From IMG/VR virus record IMGVR_UViG_3300005512_005684, positions 103,003-167,002 of that record: DNA of 64,000 nucleotides; one strand, written 5' to 3'. The notes under the pieces are model-generated. The model was not told the DNA's origin. It worked only from the letters and a program-made list of their open reading frames with translations, and did not search any database. Origin of the DNA: a virus (Duplodnaviria > Heunggongvirae > Uroviricota > Caudoviricetes). Positions 27,851 through 36,833 of the stretch are shown here, in pieces; within the stretch, counting starts at the first letter, position 1, and each line of letters opens with the position of its first letter. The position numbers were made by a program, and so were the translations under genes.

Positions 27851-30800
27851 AAATCAGGAGTTCGTTCAGTTCTTTGCGGACAATTCGCAGAAAGCCGATG
27901 CGAGCATGTTCGACGAGACCGAGGAGGAGCCGCGCAAGCTGTTCGCGCGAGATACTTTCGAGGATACCTTCAGTGGTATTGACGATCTGGTGGCTGAAGG
28001 TCAAGACTTGCTCGTGATCGCGAACGCGAGCGGGGCCGATACGATCCTGAGTTTTGCTGGTGGCTTGGCGGAGTACGCGAACGTCGAGTTGCTCGTGGTG
28101 GATTCGTACATCGGTTATCTGCGGAACTTCCTTTTCCGTGTGGCCTTGTTACAGTTGAACACGTCACCGGTGGAATACGTCAAAGACCTCTTCGGCGTAG
28201 ATGACGATGCACTGGTAGCGGACTTTCTGAAAGGCGACGCAGCAAGTGCGAAGCGTTTGGCGTCACGACCCTTTGACCCCGATGCTCACGCGTCTAACCT
28301 TTACGCTAAGCTCCGGGCGGCGCGTGGTCTCAGCAACGAGTACATTGACCTCGTGTCGGAAGCGGTGCGAGACGTGGGAAGTTACATTCATGCCTATGAT
28401 CAATTCTCTGATTTCGTCCAGGGCGTGTTCGGGAACGTGACTCGGAACAAGAAAACGTACTACCTCACCTCAAAGCGCCGGTTCGATGCTTTGAGGAAGA
28501 TTGTGACTTTCCCCAATGGAAAACAAGGGAATGGTTACGCGGTACACATGATCAATCAGAACATGGCTCGTGCCGCCGCGGTGGGCAAGGTTCGGAAGAT
28601 CGTACGTGATTACTTCCCCACGAAGAAAGGGGAGAATCCGATCAACTTCATTTTCGTACCGGATCCGGTGGAACTCACGGGGGCGGTACCGTTCATTGCT
28701 GACAACGCAGATTTCGTGGTCACGAGGAACAATGAGAGAGATCGTGTGATTGTGGTCGCGGATGCGACGGAGCTTGTGCCTACGTCTCACCAGGTGGCCG
28801 GTTTGGGCAAGTACAAGAAACTCCAACGACAGCGGAAACCGATCAAGGGTCTTGCTGACGCGCCGGTGTGTGAGGGTCTGGAACGAACGTTGTTCATGAC
28901 CCACCTGGAGATCGGAAGCATCTATTCTGACGAGGCGGCGATTGAGGATATGATCGACATTGCCAATGGTCGGGGTGCCACCCTTTGGGTTACAAGTGCG
29001 GCGCTCTTTGGCCCGAAGATTTACCGGGGGAAGAAAGAGCGGCAGTTGTTAGACCCCGAGTATGCGTCCCTTGACGCGCAGTTACGGAAGTTCATGTACT
29101 ACGTCGAACGGTTCAACGGGAACGTGATCTACGTTCTGAGTCCGGTTGACTGGGAAAACATGGTGGACTTGAAGACCATCTTCATTAAGGAACTCAACGC
29201 GAGGAAAACAGGGAAGATTCAGTTCGACCTGAATATCTCGCAGCGTGAGCAAGACTTCCTCACGCAGTTCGAGGAACCGGGAAGGGTCATTGTCCAGCAT
29301 TACTATCCGACGTTACTGCGGCTCGGAGAGGACCCGGGGCTTTACACGGAGGAAGTGAACGTCGAAGGTGGAGCCGGACATAATAACGTCCGGTACATGA
29401 CGAGGGAAGGAATCAGTATCGTCGATATGGTTCGGGCAATGGAGCGTCGAGCCAACCAGAAAGCTCCGACAGGGAAAGATCGTGAAGTCTTCGCAGCCAT
29501 TGAGCGAGGGTGGGAGAACAACCCGAAGCTCAGCGTGTTCGATGACTATAGCGGCTTTGACCATCTGGAGACTGGAACTGGAGCGAAGGGTGAGAGGCCG
29601 AGACCGCTACGGGTTTTCCCGGATACCAGAATGACTGGCAAGACGGCTTACACGAAACCGTTTCAGACGTTGGCGCAGATTATGTGTCTGCGCTCTGGGG
29701 GAACGTTGGACGTGGCGGAGCCTATCGTGGTGGACGTGCAGCAATTCTGGCAACTGATTCGGATGACCTCGACAGGGGTCGCCTTGAGCACGTCACACAT
29801 GGTGGACGACCGTCGGTACTTCGATGCGAATTTCTCGACGGCGGCGTTTAAGAGGACGCCAGGTAGCCATGTACACAAGCGGTGTACGAAGCCGAAGCCG
29901 ACGATCAACATTCCTTCGGCGACGCTTGTGAGTGGCCATCCTGAGAAACGTCTCGCCTATGAGATGTACCCGCCGATGGTAGTTGATCAAGTGCGTAAGC
30001 GTGCGAAGGACAAAGGGCTTCGAGACGTTTCCATTTGTGTTTATCATGACACGCAGTTGGGTAACTACACGGAGCGTTTGGCTTTTCAGGTCAAGGCAAT
30101 GGATTACGCGTTCCATGAGCGCGGTTGTTCATGTTACCTTGGACTCGGTGACCGCGGCCACGGGTGGAACTACAGAGACTTTCCCTTGGACGCGTCACCG
30201 GGCTTCATTTCGATCTCGGCTCAAAAGAAAGCCATCGTGGAGTTGTCGAGACCTTACTTCACACTTCCGCAGGTTCGGTTGTGGGGAGAGGTTGAAGGGA
30301 ACCACGAAAAGAATAGCGACTGGGGTCACCAGGGGCGACACTACATGGACAGGATTGAAGAGGCGCTCAAGACTCACTGTCTTGAGTCGGGTCACGAGAT
30401 TGCCTTAGCATTCCCTCAGTGGCTTCAGTTGAAGAATGGAGACCTGGTACGAGCGCCTTTTGGTTTCGCACGGATCAATGGATACAACGTCGCGTTTGCC
30501 CACAAGTTTCACGCGCACAAGAACGTGGGTAGCTTGGACGTGCCGGTGGAAATTGCTGCGGACTGGAAGCGCTTCATGGGTAGCACGGTGAAAGATGTGG
30601 ACATTTGCCTTGCGGCACACTATCACCGTGCGGAGGTTCTTCAGGAGCACAACACACTGTTCTGTATGCTCGGTGGCCAGGCCGGGAATAGTGGTTACGA
30701 GTTCGAGCGCCAGTTCACCAGTGAGCCAACGACTACAATCATGACGATTGAGGCTTCCGGTGTGGTGCGTTTCGAGTTCCTTCCTGACTCTACTCTTGAA

Positions 30801-30965
30801 GGCTACGCGGTGAAAAACCCGGTCGTGAAGAAACGGGGTCTGGATGAATTCATTCAGGATGCGATCTCAGTGGACGTGCATCCGTTCCACACGGAAGACG
30901 TGGACGGTATGCAGGAGTTCCTCGTGAGAGAACCGGTTCTCAAGGATAACTTCGGTATCGAGTAA
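27837..30965 (+). CDS. 1042-aa hypothetical protein; C-terminal third carries calcineurin-like metallophosphoesterase-like motifs (GDRGHG...GNHE...HYH)
   Basis: GGGGGAGAAA RBS; 14-nt overlap with GHKL gene. LGLGDRGHGWNY, VEGNHEKN, LAAHYHRAE are spaced like MPE motifs II-III-V, but motif I is unclear. Confidence 0.35.
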   Translation: MATLRNQEFVQFFADNSQKADASMFDETEEEPRKLFARDTFEDTFSGIDDLVAEGQDLLVIANASGADTILSFAGGLAEYANVELLVVDSYIGYLRNFLFRVALLQLNTSPVEYVKDLFGVDDDALVADFLKGDAASAKRLASRPFDPDAHASNLYAKLRAARGLSNEYIDLVSEAVRDVGSYIHAYDQFSDFVQGVFGNVTRNKKTYYLTSKRRFDALRKIVTFPNGKQGNGYAVHMINQNMARAAAVGKVRKIVRDYFPTKKGENPINFIFVPDPVELTGAVPFIADNADFVVTRNNERDRVIVVADATELVPTSHQVAGLGKYKKLQRQRKPIKGLADAPVCEGLERTLFMTHLEIGSIYSDEAAIEDMIDIANGRGATLWVTSAALFGPKIYRGKKERQLLDPEYASLDAQLRKFMYYVERFNGNVIYVLSPVDWENMVDLKTIFIKELNARKTGKIQFDLNISQREQDFLTQFEEPGRVIVQHYYPTLLRLGEDPGLYTEEVNVEGGAGHNNVRYMTREGISIVDMVRAMERRANQKAPTGKDREVFAAIERGWENNPKLSVFDDYSGFDHLETGTGAKGERPRPLRVFPDTRMTGKTAYTKPFQTLAQIMCLRSGGTLDVAEPIVVDVQQFWQLIRMTSTGVALSTSHMVDDRRYFDANFSTAAFKRTPGSHVHKRCTKPKPTINIPSATLVSGHPEKRLAYEMYPPMVVDQVRKRAKDKGLRDVSICVYHDTQLGNYTERLAFQVKAMDYAFHERGCSCYLGLGDRGHGWNYRDFPLDASPGFISISAQKKAIVELSRPYFTLPQVRLWGEVEGNHEKNSDWGHQGRHYMDRIEEALKTHCLESGHEIALAFPQWLQLKNGDLVRAPFGFARINGYNVAFAHKFHAHKNVGSLDVPVEIAADWKRFMGSTVKDVDICLAAHYHRAEVLQEHNTLFCMLGGQAGNSGYEFERQFTSEPTTTIMTIEASGVVRFEFLPDSTLEGYAVKNPVVKKRGLDEFIQDAISVDVHPFHTEDVDGMQEFLVREPVLKDNFGIE

Positions 30966-30975
30966 AGGGGGACGA

Positions 30976-31701
30976 ATGGCCTACAAGCCCAATCCGAAGA
31001 CGGCGGGAAGTGGGGTAGTCTGCTGTATACCGCAGACAGGGAAGTGTCCCAACGAGTGCGAGGATTGTTTCTTTCAATCCGGTCGCTCATACTTAGAACC
31101 GTTGGGTGCGAATCTACCGAATATGCCTGAGAAATCAGAGGTAGATTTTCGGGTGGTGCGAGTCAATGATGGTAACGATAGCAATGTGGAACGTGGACTT
31201 GTTGAACACGAGACGGTGCAGTATCCGTTGCGTTTCTACAACACTGCGATCCCGAGAGACTTGGAGACGTTCACTGCTCCCGTAGTTTTGACGGTGAATC
31301 CTGGTGGCATGACGGACACGGGTGCACACTTAGTTGATCCGTGTCCGCCGCAGCTAATGATGGTGCGGTTCCGTGCGAACGTGTGGAATGTAGAGTTGTG
31401 TGACGAGGTTGTCGAACATTATACAGAGAGGGAAATTCCGATCATCTTGACGTTCATGGCCTATTTCGCTTTGGTTGTGCCGGAGGAAGACAAGGGTGAT
31501 TACGTGTTCCGTAAACGTACGACGAACTCGTACTGGGCAATTACTACCGAAGCCTGGGAGCGGGTCATGGCTCGGTACAAGTACAATCGGTGGGTCCACT
31601 CGTGTGGGAAGATTGAGGGGGAGAAAGGCAGTACCGCTTGTCGTCATTGCGGCAATTGCCTTCGAGAGTTCTTCGCGTGTAGGGAACGGATGTCGTCTTA
31701 G
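30976..31701 (+). CDS. small radical SAM enzyme (canonical Cx3Cx2C plus C-terminal CxxCxxC cluster)
   Basis: AAGGGGGA RBS. CPNECEDCFF (Cx3Cx2C + aromatic) at residues ~23-32. C-terminal CGKIEGEKGSTACRHCGNC. Confidence 0.45.
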   Translation: MAYKPNPKTAGSGVVCCIPQTGKCPNECEDCFFQSGRSYLEPLGANLPNMPEKSEVDFRVVRVNDGNDSNVERGLVEHETVQYPLRFYNTAIPRDLETFTAPVVLTVNPGGMTDTGAHLVDPCPPQLMMVRFRANVWNVELCDEVVEHYTEREIPIILTFMAYFALVVPEEDKGDYVFRKRTTNSYWAITTEAWERVMARYKYNRWVHSCGKIEGEKGSTACRHCGNCLREFFACRERMSS

Positions 31702-31703
31702 AC

Positions 31704-32261
31704 CTACTCTTCAGCTTGGTAGGTGTTGACAGGGAGGATGTTGGTTTGTGGCTGATCCTGGGTCATGACCCGGTGAACTTGGTGTTCGGCTAAGTCGGTC
31801 AAGTAGAACTTCCGAATACGAAGCCCCCAGTCAGTAGCGCGGTGTCGTATCCCATCCGTGACTTCCTTTTTCAATTGATCGGACTTAATGCACTCGTCGA
31901 ACGTATGAGTCATTACGAAGTCCGCAATGATTCCCATTGCAAGGTTCTGAAGCGACGTATCGTAGTCCTGGACTTCGAGGATCGCCTTCTGTACGTTGCC
32001 AATGGAGTATTCAATAGCGCCGCCAATTGCGACAGTTTTTTGATCGTTGGTGGTAACGCTTTGGTTGGGTAAGTTGATTACCTGCGGTGTAACGTCTATG
32101 GTGAGGATGTCCTGGATTAGTGGCCAGAACACATAGATGCCTTCCTCGACATCTCTACGGAAGTGGCCGGCGTTTAAGAACACACCTTTCTCATTCGGCG
32201 GGACTTTCTTAATCCGTGGAATGACTCTGGTAATTACTTCAATCAGTTCGACGAATTGCAT
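31704..32261 (-). CDS. SPFH/band-7 (stomatin/prohibitin/HflC-like) domain protein
   Basis: Minus-strand ORF with AAGGTGG RBS before ATG (MQFVELIEV). VAIGGAIEYSIGNVQKAILEVQDYDTSLQNLAMGIIADFV...LKKEVTDGIRHRATDWGLRIRKFYLTDL matches the SPFH core. Tail-to-tail with the rSAM gene, 2 nt apart. Confidence 0.45.
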   Translation of the reverse strand: MQFVELIEVITRVIPRIKKVPPNEKGVFLNAGHFRRDVEEGIYVFWPLIQDILTIDVTPQVINLPNQSVTTNDQKTVAIGGAIEYSIGNVQKAILEVQDYDTSLQNLAMGIIADFVMTHTFDECIKSDQLKKEVTDGIRHRATDWGLRIRKFYLTDLAEHQVHRVMTQDQPQTNILPVNTYQAEE

Positions 32262-32379
32262 CGGCAACCACCTTTCCCTGGGTCTACTGTAAGCTCACAT
32301 AGGATGTTAAAACCGTTTCTACAGTAGTTTATTTTCAGTTTGTTTCCTGGTAAAGGTGTGTGGAGTTTCGGAGGTAGCT

Positions 32380-33453
32380 GTGAAGTTTCTCGTTTTGGCA
32401 CTTAGCGATACTCTGGAACTGTACAACTATCTCTTCGGAGAGGAAAACTGCATAGTCCACCAGGTCGATTTTCAACCGTTTGATAAGAACGCAGAGCGAG
32501 AAAGATTGTCGGACACGCTGAGGGCGCACAATGACATAGCGTTCCTTGGCGGTGAGAGATTAGGGGATATGGCGATCAATCTCGGACTGACTCGACCGAA
32601 CTGGTACTATGACCTTGACCTTCAACGTTTTTTGAATGTCTTCGGCCTTGGACGACTCCCCTTTCCGTTCATTCACGTTGACAGTTACGATTACTTCAAC
32701 ACTCTCTTTAACACCGGAACTTTTCGTGAACGAGACCTGGTTCTAAAGGGTCAGTGTCAACATGGTCATTTTAGTGACAAGGGATTGACGAGACGTAAGA
32801 AAGTGTTGTGGTATCCGTACTGGTTAGGTTGGAAGCGCACACTAACGACGTTAGTTCAAGATTGGACCAACGTCTTTCAGCCTACGGAAAAATATAGCGT
32901 GTGTTTTCATGGAACGTCGGCTACGTGGAAACCTAGAAAAAAGTTGGTCGAGTTGGTGAATGAAGCCTTTGACGATGTGTGTGCCGAGGTTGTTAGTCGG
33001 TGTGATGGAGGGAATCGAGTTGCTCCCGCGGACTATGTGAAGTTGATTCTGAGTTCGGACGTGTGCCTGAACATGCGTGGTAACGGGGTCCTGACGATTC
33101 GGTTCTTTGAGATACTGAGACACGGCCAGTTTTGCTTAACGGACAGGTGTTTACTCGACGGCTGTTATTGGCCAGTGAGTCCCCGTGGTAGTGAACGCTT
33201 TGGACGATGTTGTGGGGAGTATGAGGACATCGGTACCGTGGTGGCCGAGTGTCGGTATTGGCTTGAACATCCTGACGAGCGGGCGGAAGTCGCTCGCAAC
33301 GGGGCCGAGTTCTGGCGTTGTCTGTACTCACCGGATGCCTTGAGGGTTTACGGTCGCAAGTTTCTCGAAGGCTACTGCTCTGGTGAACTGGAGTTTGTTC
33401 TTGCTCAATACCTGTCTGAAGTAGGCGGGGCTAACCCCGTGGAAATGGTGTGA
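32380..33453 (+). CDS. putative glycosyltransferase-like protein (GT-B C-terminal-half-like)
   Basis: GTG start after GGAGGT. RGNGVLTIRFFEILRHGQFCLTD resembles the EGFGLxxLEAMAxGxPVI donor-binding segment. Weak. Confidence 0.25.
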   Translation: MKFLVLALSDTLELYNYLFGEENCIVHQVDFQPFDKNAERERLSDTLRAHNDIAFLGGERLGDMAINLGLTRPNWYYDLDLQRFLNVFGLGRLPFPFIHVDSYDYFNTLFNTGTFRERDLVLKGQCQHGHFSDKGLTRRKKVLWYPYWLGWKRTLTTLVQDWTNVFQPTEKYSVCFHGTSATWKPRKKLVELVNEAFDDVCAEVVSRCDGGNRVAPADYVKLILSSDVCLNMRGNGVLTIRFFEILRHGQFCLTDRCLLDGCYWPVSPRGSERFGRCCGEYEDIGTVVAECRYWLEHPDERAEVARNGAEFWRCLYSPDALRVYGRKFLEGYCSGELEFVLAQYLSEVGGANPVEMV

Positions 33454-33758
33454 AGATGATCAAAGACTTACCACGTGTTCATGGGATTGCTCGCAGGCTG
33501 TTTGCAAGTCCTCACCTACATGAGATAGAATGTGACGGGGAGGTAACACACGCGGATGCCAAGATAGAACTCTATGGGACAGGCAAGTTACCTCGATGTT
33601 TTGAGAGGTTTCTGGAGCGGTTCTACAATACGAGGGATAAGCAGAGACTTTTGCAACTTTCAGTCAGTTCTCGTTTGGTACCCGTAATGATGGGCGGGAA
33701 GGTTCAGGTAGTTGACCGCGATGCAAGGAAGTGCGTACGCACCGAGAAGTGCCGCTAA
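33450..33758 (+). CDS. small hypothetical protein with class-2 leader (RVHGIARRLFA)
   Basis: GTGA overlap. MKMIKDLPRVHGIARRLFASP. Confidence 0.3.
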   Translation: MKMIKDLPRVHGIARRLFASPHLHEIECDGEVTHADAKIELYGTGKLPRCFERFLERFYNTRDKQRLLQLSVSSRLVPVMMGGKVQVVDRDARKCVRTEKCR

Positions 33759-33774
33759 CGGGACATGCTGGTGA

Positions 33775-34512
33775 ATGAACCGGAATAAGCATCTGACATT
33801 CTCGTTTGACGACTATGATGCGGAGCTTCCTCGTGTGGCCGAACACATGGCGAAGCACAACATTCCAGCGACGTTCTACGTGTGCTCGGGCGCGTACGAC
33901 CGTCATGCGTTGATCGATGTTATAGAAATGGGTCACGAGGTCGGTGCTCATACGCACAGCCATTCGCGTGTTTGTCCGCGTATGATGAAACAGATGTGTT
34001 GGCGTAAGGGGACGAAGTGCAAAGATTGTGCGGAGTACTTGGCGTCACTTGAAGAACATTTTCGTACGGAGTTACTGGAACCGCGGTTGCGTTTGGAAGA
34101 TGCCCTTCGAGTCAGTGTGATCGGGTTTTCCTTTCCTCACAATTCAACCCCGCATATTCGGAAGTACGTTAAGGAAGCCGGTTACTTGTACGCGCGGACA
34201 CCGAATGTGAAAGAGTTCATTTTTCCACGTGACCTGTTTTACATCTGGCCGACTGCGGAGTTTACGTCGTACCGCGGTTACAACATGGCCATGATGTATG
34301 CCGAGGGTATGCAGAGGATCGTTTGTGCCCACTTTTGGGGACATCCGAGGCACTTTGTTGCTCGGGGCCTGGACGTGATAGACCGCTTCCTGGGCGTGAC
34401 ACTGGAGAATGCAGGTAGTCAGGTGGCTACGAACCGGGACGTGTACTTGTGGGGAGCTAAGCGGGAGGCCGTTCGTAAACGGGACGAAGAGTTGAAGACT
34501 TGGTACGTTTGA
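33775..34512 (+). CDS. polysaccharide deacetylase (CE4 / NodB-homology domain)
   Basis: LTFSFDDYD...ATFYVCSGAY...GHEVGAHTHSH follows NodB motifs 1-2 (TFDDG ... H[ST]xxH). Confidence 0.55.
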   Translation: MNRNKHLTFSFDDYDAELPRVAEHMAKHNIPATFYVCSGAYDRHALIDVIEMGHEVGAHTHSHSRVCPRMMKQMCWRKGTKCKDCAEYLASLEEHFRTELLEPRLRLEDALRVSVIGFSFPHNSTPHIRKYVKEAGYLYARTPNVKEFIFPRDLFYIWPTAEFTSYRGYNMAMMYAEGMQRIVCAHFWGHPRHFVARGLDVIDRFLGVTLENAGSQVATNRDVYLWGAKREAVRKRDEELKTWYV

Positions 34513-34526
34513 CAGGGAGAAAAACA

Positions 34527-35777
34527 ATGTGGTCTGACGATATGAGGAAGGTTGAGAGGAAAGCTCTGGGAGCGTTCGGGAAGTCTGAGCCGGGGACGAT
34601 CTCGATACCGTTGTCTCAGTTCCAGAACGCGTTTGCCGATATGGTGGGAATCAAGAGAGATCGGCGCGCTAAGGAGAGAGGTGAGAAAGACACACATGGT
34701 ATGTCGCCTGATAAGGATGGCAAGAACCATCGGTTGGGAGCGCGTGGCGAGTATGCCTTTGCCCTTCATTCAGGGAAGCTCTGGAAGACTTTCATACCTG
34801 GCGGCGGGTACAAAAAGGGGGAGACAAAGATGGATGTCGGGGAGGGAGATAATGACATAGACATAGGCGGTCGTTACGAGATTCGTAGTACGGATCATGA
34901 GGATGGAGGGTTAATGGTCTATGGAACGGACTACCAATTCAAGGTGTGTGTAGCTGTCCGTCTGATCAATCCGAAAGAGATCAGGAGTGGGGGTGAACTC
35001 ATTCGAGTGGACTTCGAGCGGGCCGACATCGTGGGCAAAAAGTTTGCGTTTGATGCTCAGCGCGCGATGTACAACTACCATTGCTCGTTTCAGGACAGGG
35101 ACAAGTGGCCGGATAGAATGAGGAGCAAGTATCTGTCGATCCGTAGGAAGACACCGAAGAAAAAACGGGGTCCGGCCTTTCTCGTGGATCCACATCGGCT
35201 TTACCATATCGATCAAATGATGCTCGCTAGTCCGCAGTTTGAACACCGGACGTTGATTCGTGACGTGGGGAAGAAAGGGGTAATTGCTTCGCCGCGACCC
35301 CCGGCGCTTTTGTGGGAGGGTGCGTCTCCGTTGACGTTGAGCTACGCACTCGTGTGTCGTACCTTCGAGACCAAAAGGTTGAAGGGAGGTCGTCGGAAGA
35401 GGGGCGGTGAAGGGTCGGTGCACTGGATTGTCTATAACGTTACCAGACCCGTTACAGGGATTAAGAGAGAGAGATTCCGTCAGACACCGGTGATTGACGA
35501 GGATACGGTAAAGCGTTTTCTTTACGACGGTCACTACGCGGTTACTTCAGTGTACCAGATGCAGAACGACTACGGGTATCTCGGGTATGCTCCATTGGGT
35601 TCCAGGAAGGGGAAGCGTGGGACGCGAGAGGTCGAATTTCGACTCTATGCTCTCAGACGATTCTTGAATCCGTGTCGGTTGAAGCACGGGATCGCGTTCT
35701 TCGAGAATCGTCTCATGAAGCGAGCCAAGGAAAAGAGAGACGTGTTGAATACCGCGGTTTTGGTCGGGTGGTATTGA
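34527..35777 (+). CDS. 416-aa hypothetical protein
   Basis: AGGGAGAAAAAC RBS before ATG 34527. Confidence 0.35.
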   Translation: MWSDDMRKVERKALGAFGKSEPGTISIPLSQFQNAFADMVGIKRDRRAKERGEKDTHGMSPDKDGKNHRLGARGEYAFALHSGKLWKTFIPGGGYKKGETKMDVGEGDNDIDIGGRYEIRSTDHEDGGLMVYGTDYQFKVCVAVRLINPKEIRSGGELIRVDFERADIVGKKFAFDAQRAMYNYHCSFQDRDKWPDRMRSKYLSIRRKTPKKKRGPAFLVDPHRLYHIDQMMLASPQFEHRTLIRDVGKKGVIASPRPPALLWEGASPLTLSYALVCRTFETKRLKGGRRKRGGEGSVHWIVYNVTRPVTGIKRERFRQTPVIDEDTVKRFLYDGHYAVTSVYQMQNDYGYLGYAPLGSRKGKRGTREVEFRLYALRRFLNPCRLKHGIAFFENRLMKRAKEKRDVLNTAVLVGWY

Positions 35778-35829
35778 GTATCTGTTTTCTCCGCGCTCAC
35801 TATGGAGAGAGCAACACGGAGGAAACGAA

Positions 35830-35961
35830 ATGGCGAAGAAAGACAAACGGGGAGATTTCCCCTGGGCGAAGGCCGTGGACGTGTGCATGAGGATTGCGGC
35901 TGCGGCTATCATCCTGGGGTTGGTCACCTTCCTACTCAGTGAGTGTTTTCGGTGCCCTTAA
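35830..35961 (+). CDS. short membrane peptide (not in ORF track, <60 aa)
   Basis: MAKKDKRGDFPWAKAVDVCMRIAAAAIILGLVTFLLSECFRCP has a charged head then one TM. GGAGGAAACGAAATG RBS. Confidence 0.25.
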   Translation: MAKKDKRGDFPWAKAVDVCMRIAAAAIILGLVTFLLSECFRCP

Positions 35962-36036
35962 TCGGTTGGCAGCGGACGAATTAACGTGCTACAATTCCAG
36001 TTCTCGCCGGTGAATTGGTAAGCAGTAATTCGAGGT

Positions 36037-36501
36037 ATGAGGTTTCTTCGTATGAATCGGACAGAAATGATCCGTCGCACGGGTGAGCTTCAGGAAATAC
36101 ACGGAGAGTGGCCTAGAGAGCGTGTGGCGCACGCCGTGAGCATCGAAAAGTGGGAGAGGTTACCAGACCGTTGGGAGCAGCTACACGCCGAGTGGAGAGG
36201 CTCTGAGGAAGCGGGAACAACCCCCGAGGATGCGATTGTTCCGATGACTCGGAACTGCGGCCTTTGTGTTCACCATCGTCATGAGGTGGGGCCAATACTG
36301 ACGTGTGGTAATTGCCCTTTCAAGCCGGATGAAGAGGAACTTGGGTGTGGTGAAGGGAGTGATTATCGTCAAGCAATGATCTTCCTCTCGAAGGGAGACA
36401 GGAAAGCGTTTGCCAAGGTCTCCCTGGAGATCACTCTGGCGTTGAAGGCGAGTTACCGAGGCTTATACGGAAGCGACGACATCGTTGGACACGGCTGCTA
36501 G
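36037..36501 (+). CDS. hypothetical protein (start uncertain, alternative ATG 36052)
   Basis: ORF; Cys/His-rich middle (CGLCVHHRHE, CGNCPF). Confidence 0.3.
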   Translation: MRFLRMNRTEMIRRTGELQEIHGEWPRERVAHAVSIEKWERLPDRWEQLHAEWRGSEEAGTTPEDAIVPMTRNCGLCVHHRHEVGPILTCGNCPFKPDEEELGCGEGSDYRQAMIFLSKGDRKAFAKVSLEITLALKASYRGLYGSDDIVGHGC

Positions 36502-36538
36502 GTCGTGTCTTTTTTCGTGGGCCGATAGGGAGGAAATC

Positions 36539-36820
36539 ATGCCGAAGGGTACCAGACTTCATTGCCATCCACGGATGGAAGAGAAACACGGTGTGCCGGA
36601 TGGACACGTGATTGTGGATCGTGATGCTCTGGAGTTGGCACACGGAGTGATCGTTGCTTCGGTTGAGACCGAGGTGCGACAAGATACGTCCCCGTTGACT
36701 GGGGAGAAAACTTACGACACGCTGGTCAGCGCGTCACTTCCGAAAGAGTTGGGTTTGAAACACGGTCAAAAGGTCAAGGTTGTTGTCGTTCGGGAAACTG
36801 GACCCATGGGTATCGGATAA
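36539..36820 (+). CDS. hypothetical protein
   Basis: GGGAGGAAATC RBS before ATG. Confidence 0.3.
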   Translation: MPKGTRLHCHPRMEEKHGVPDGHVIVDRDALELAHGVIVASVETEVRQDTSPLTGEKTYDTLVSASLPKELGLKHGQKVKVVVVRETGPMGIG

Positions 36821-36833
36821 GGAGGGACAGGAA

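Noticed and set aside
29940-30700. Calling the 1042-aa protein an Mre11/SbcD nuclease outright
   Set aside because: Only motifs III (GNHE) and V-like (HYH) are clean. Motif I (DxH) and the GDxxDRG spacing are not convincing, so the call is kept as 'phosphoesterase-like motifs'.
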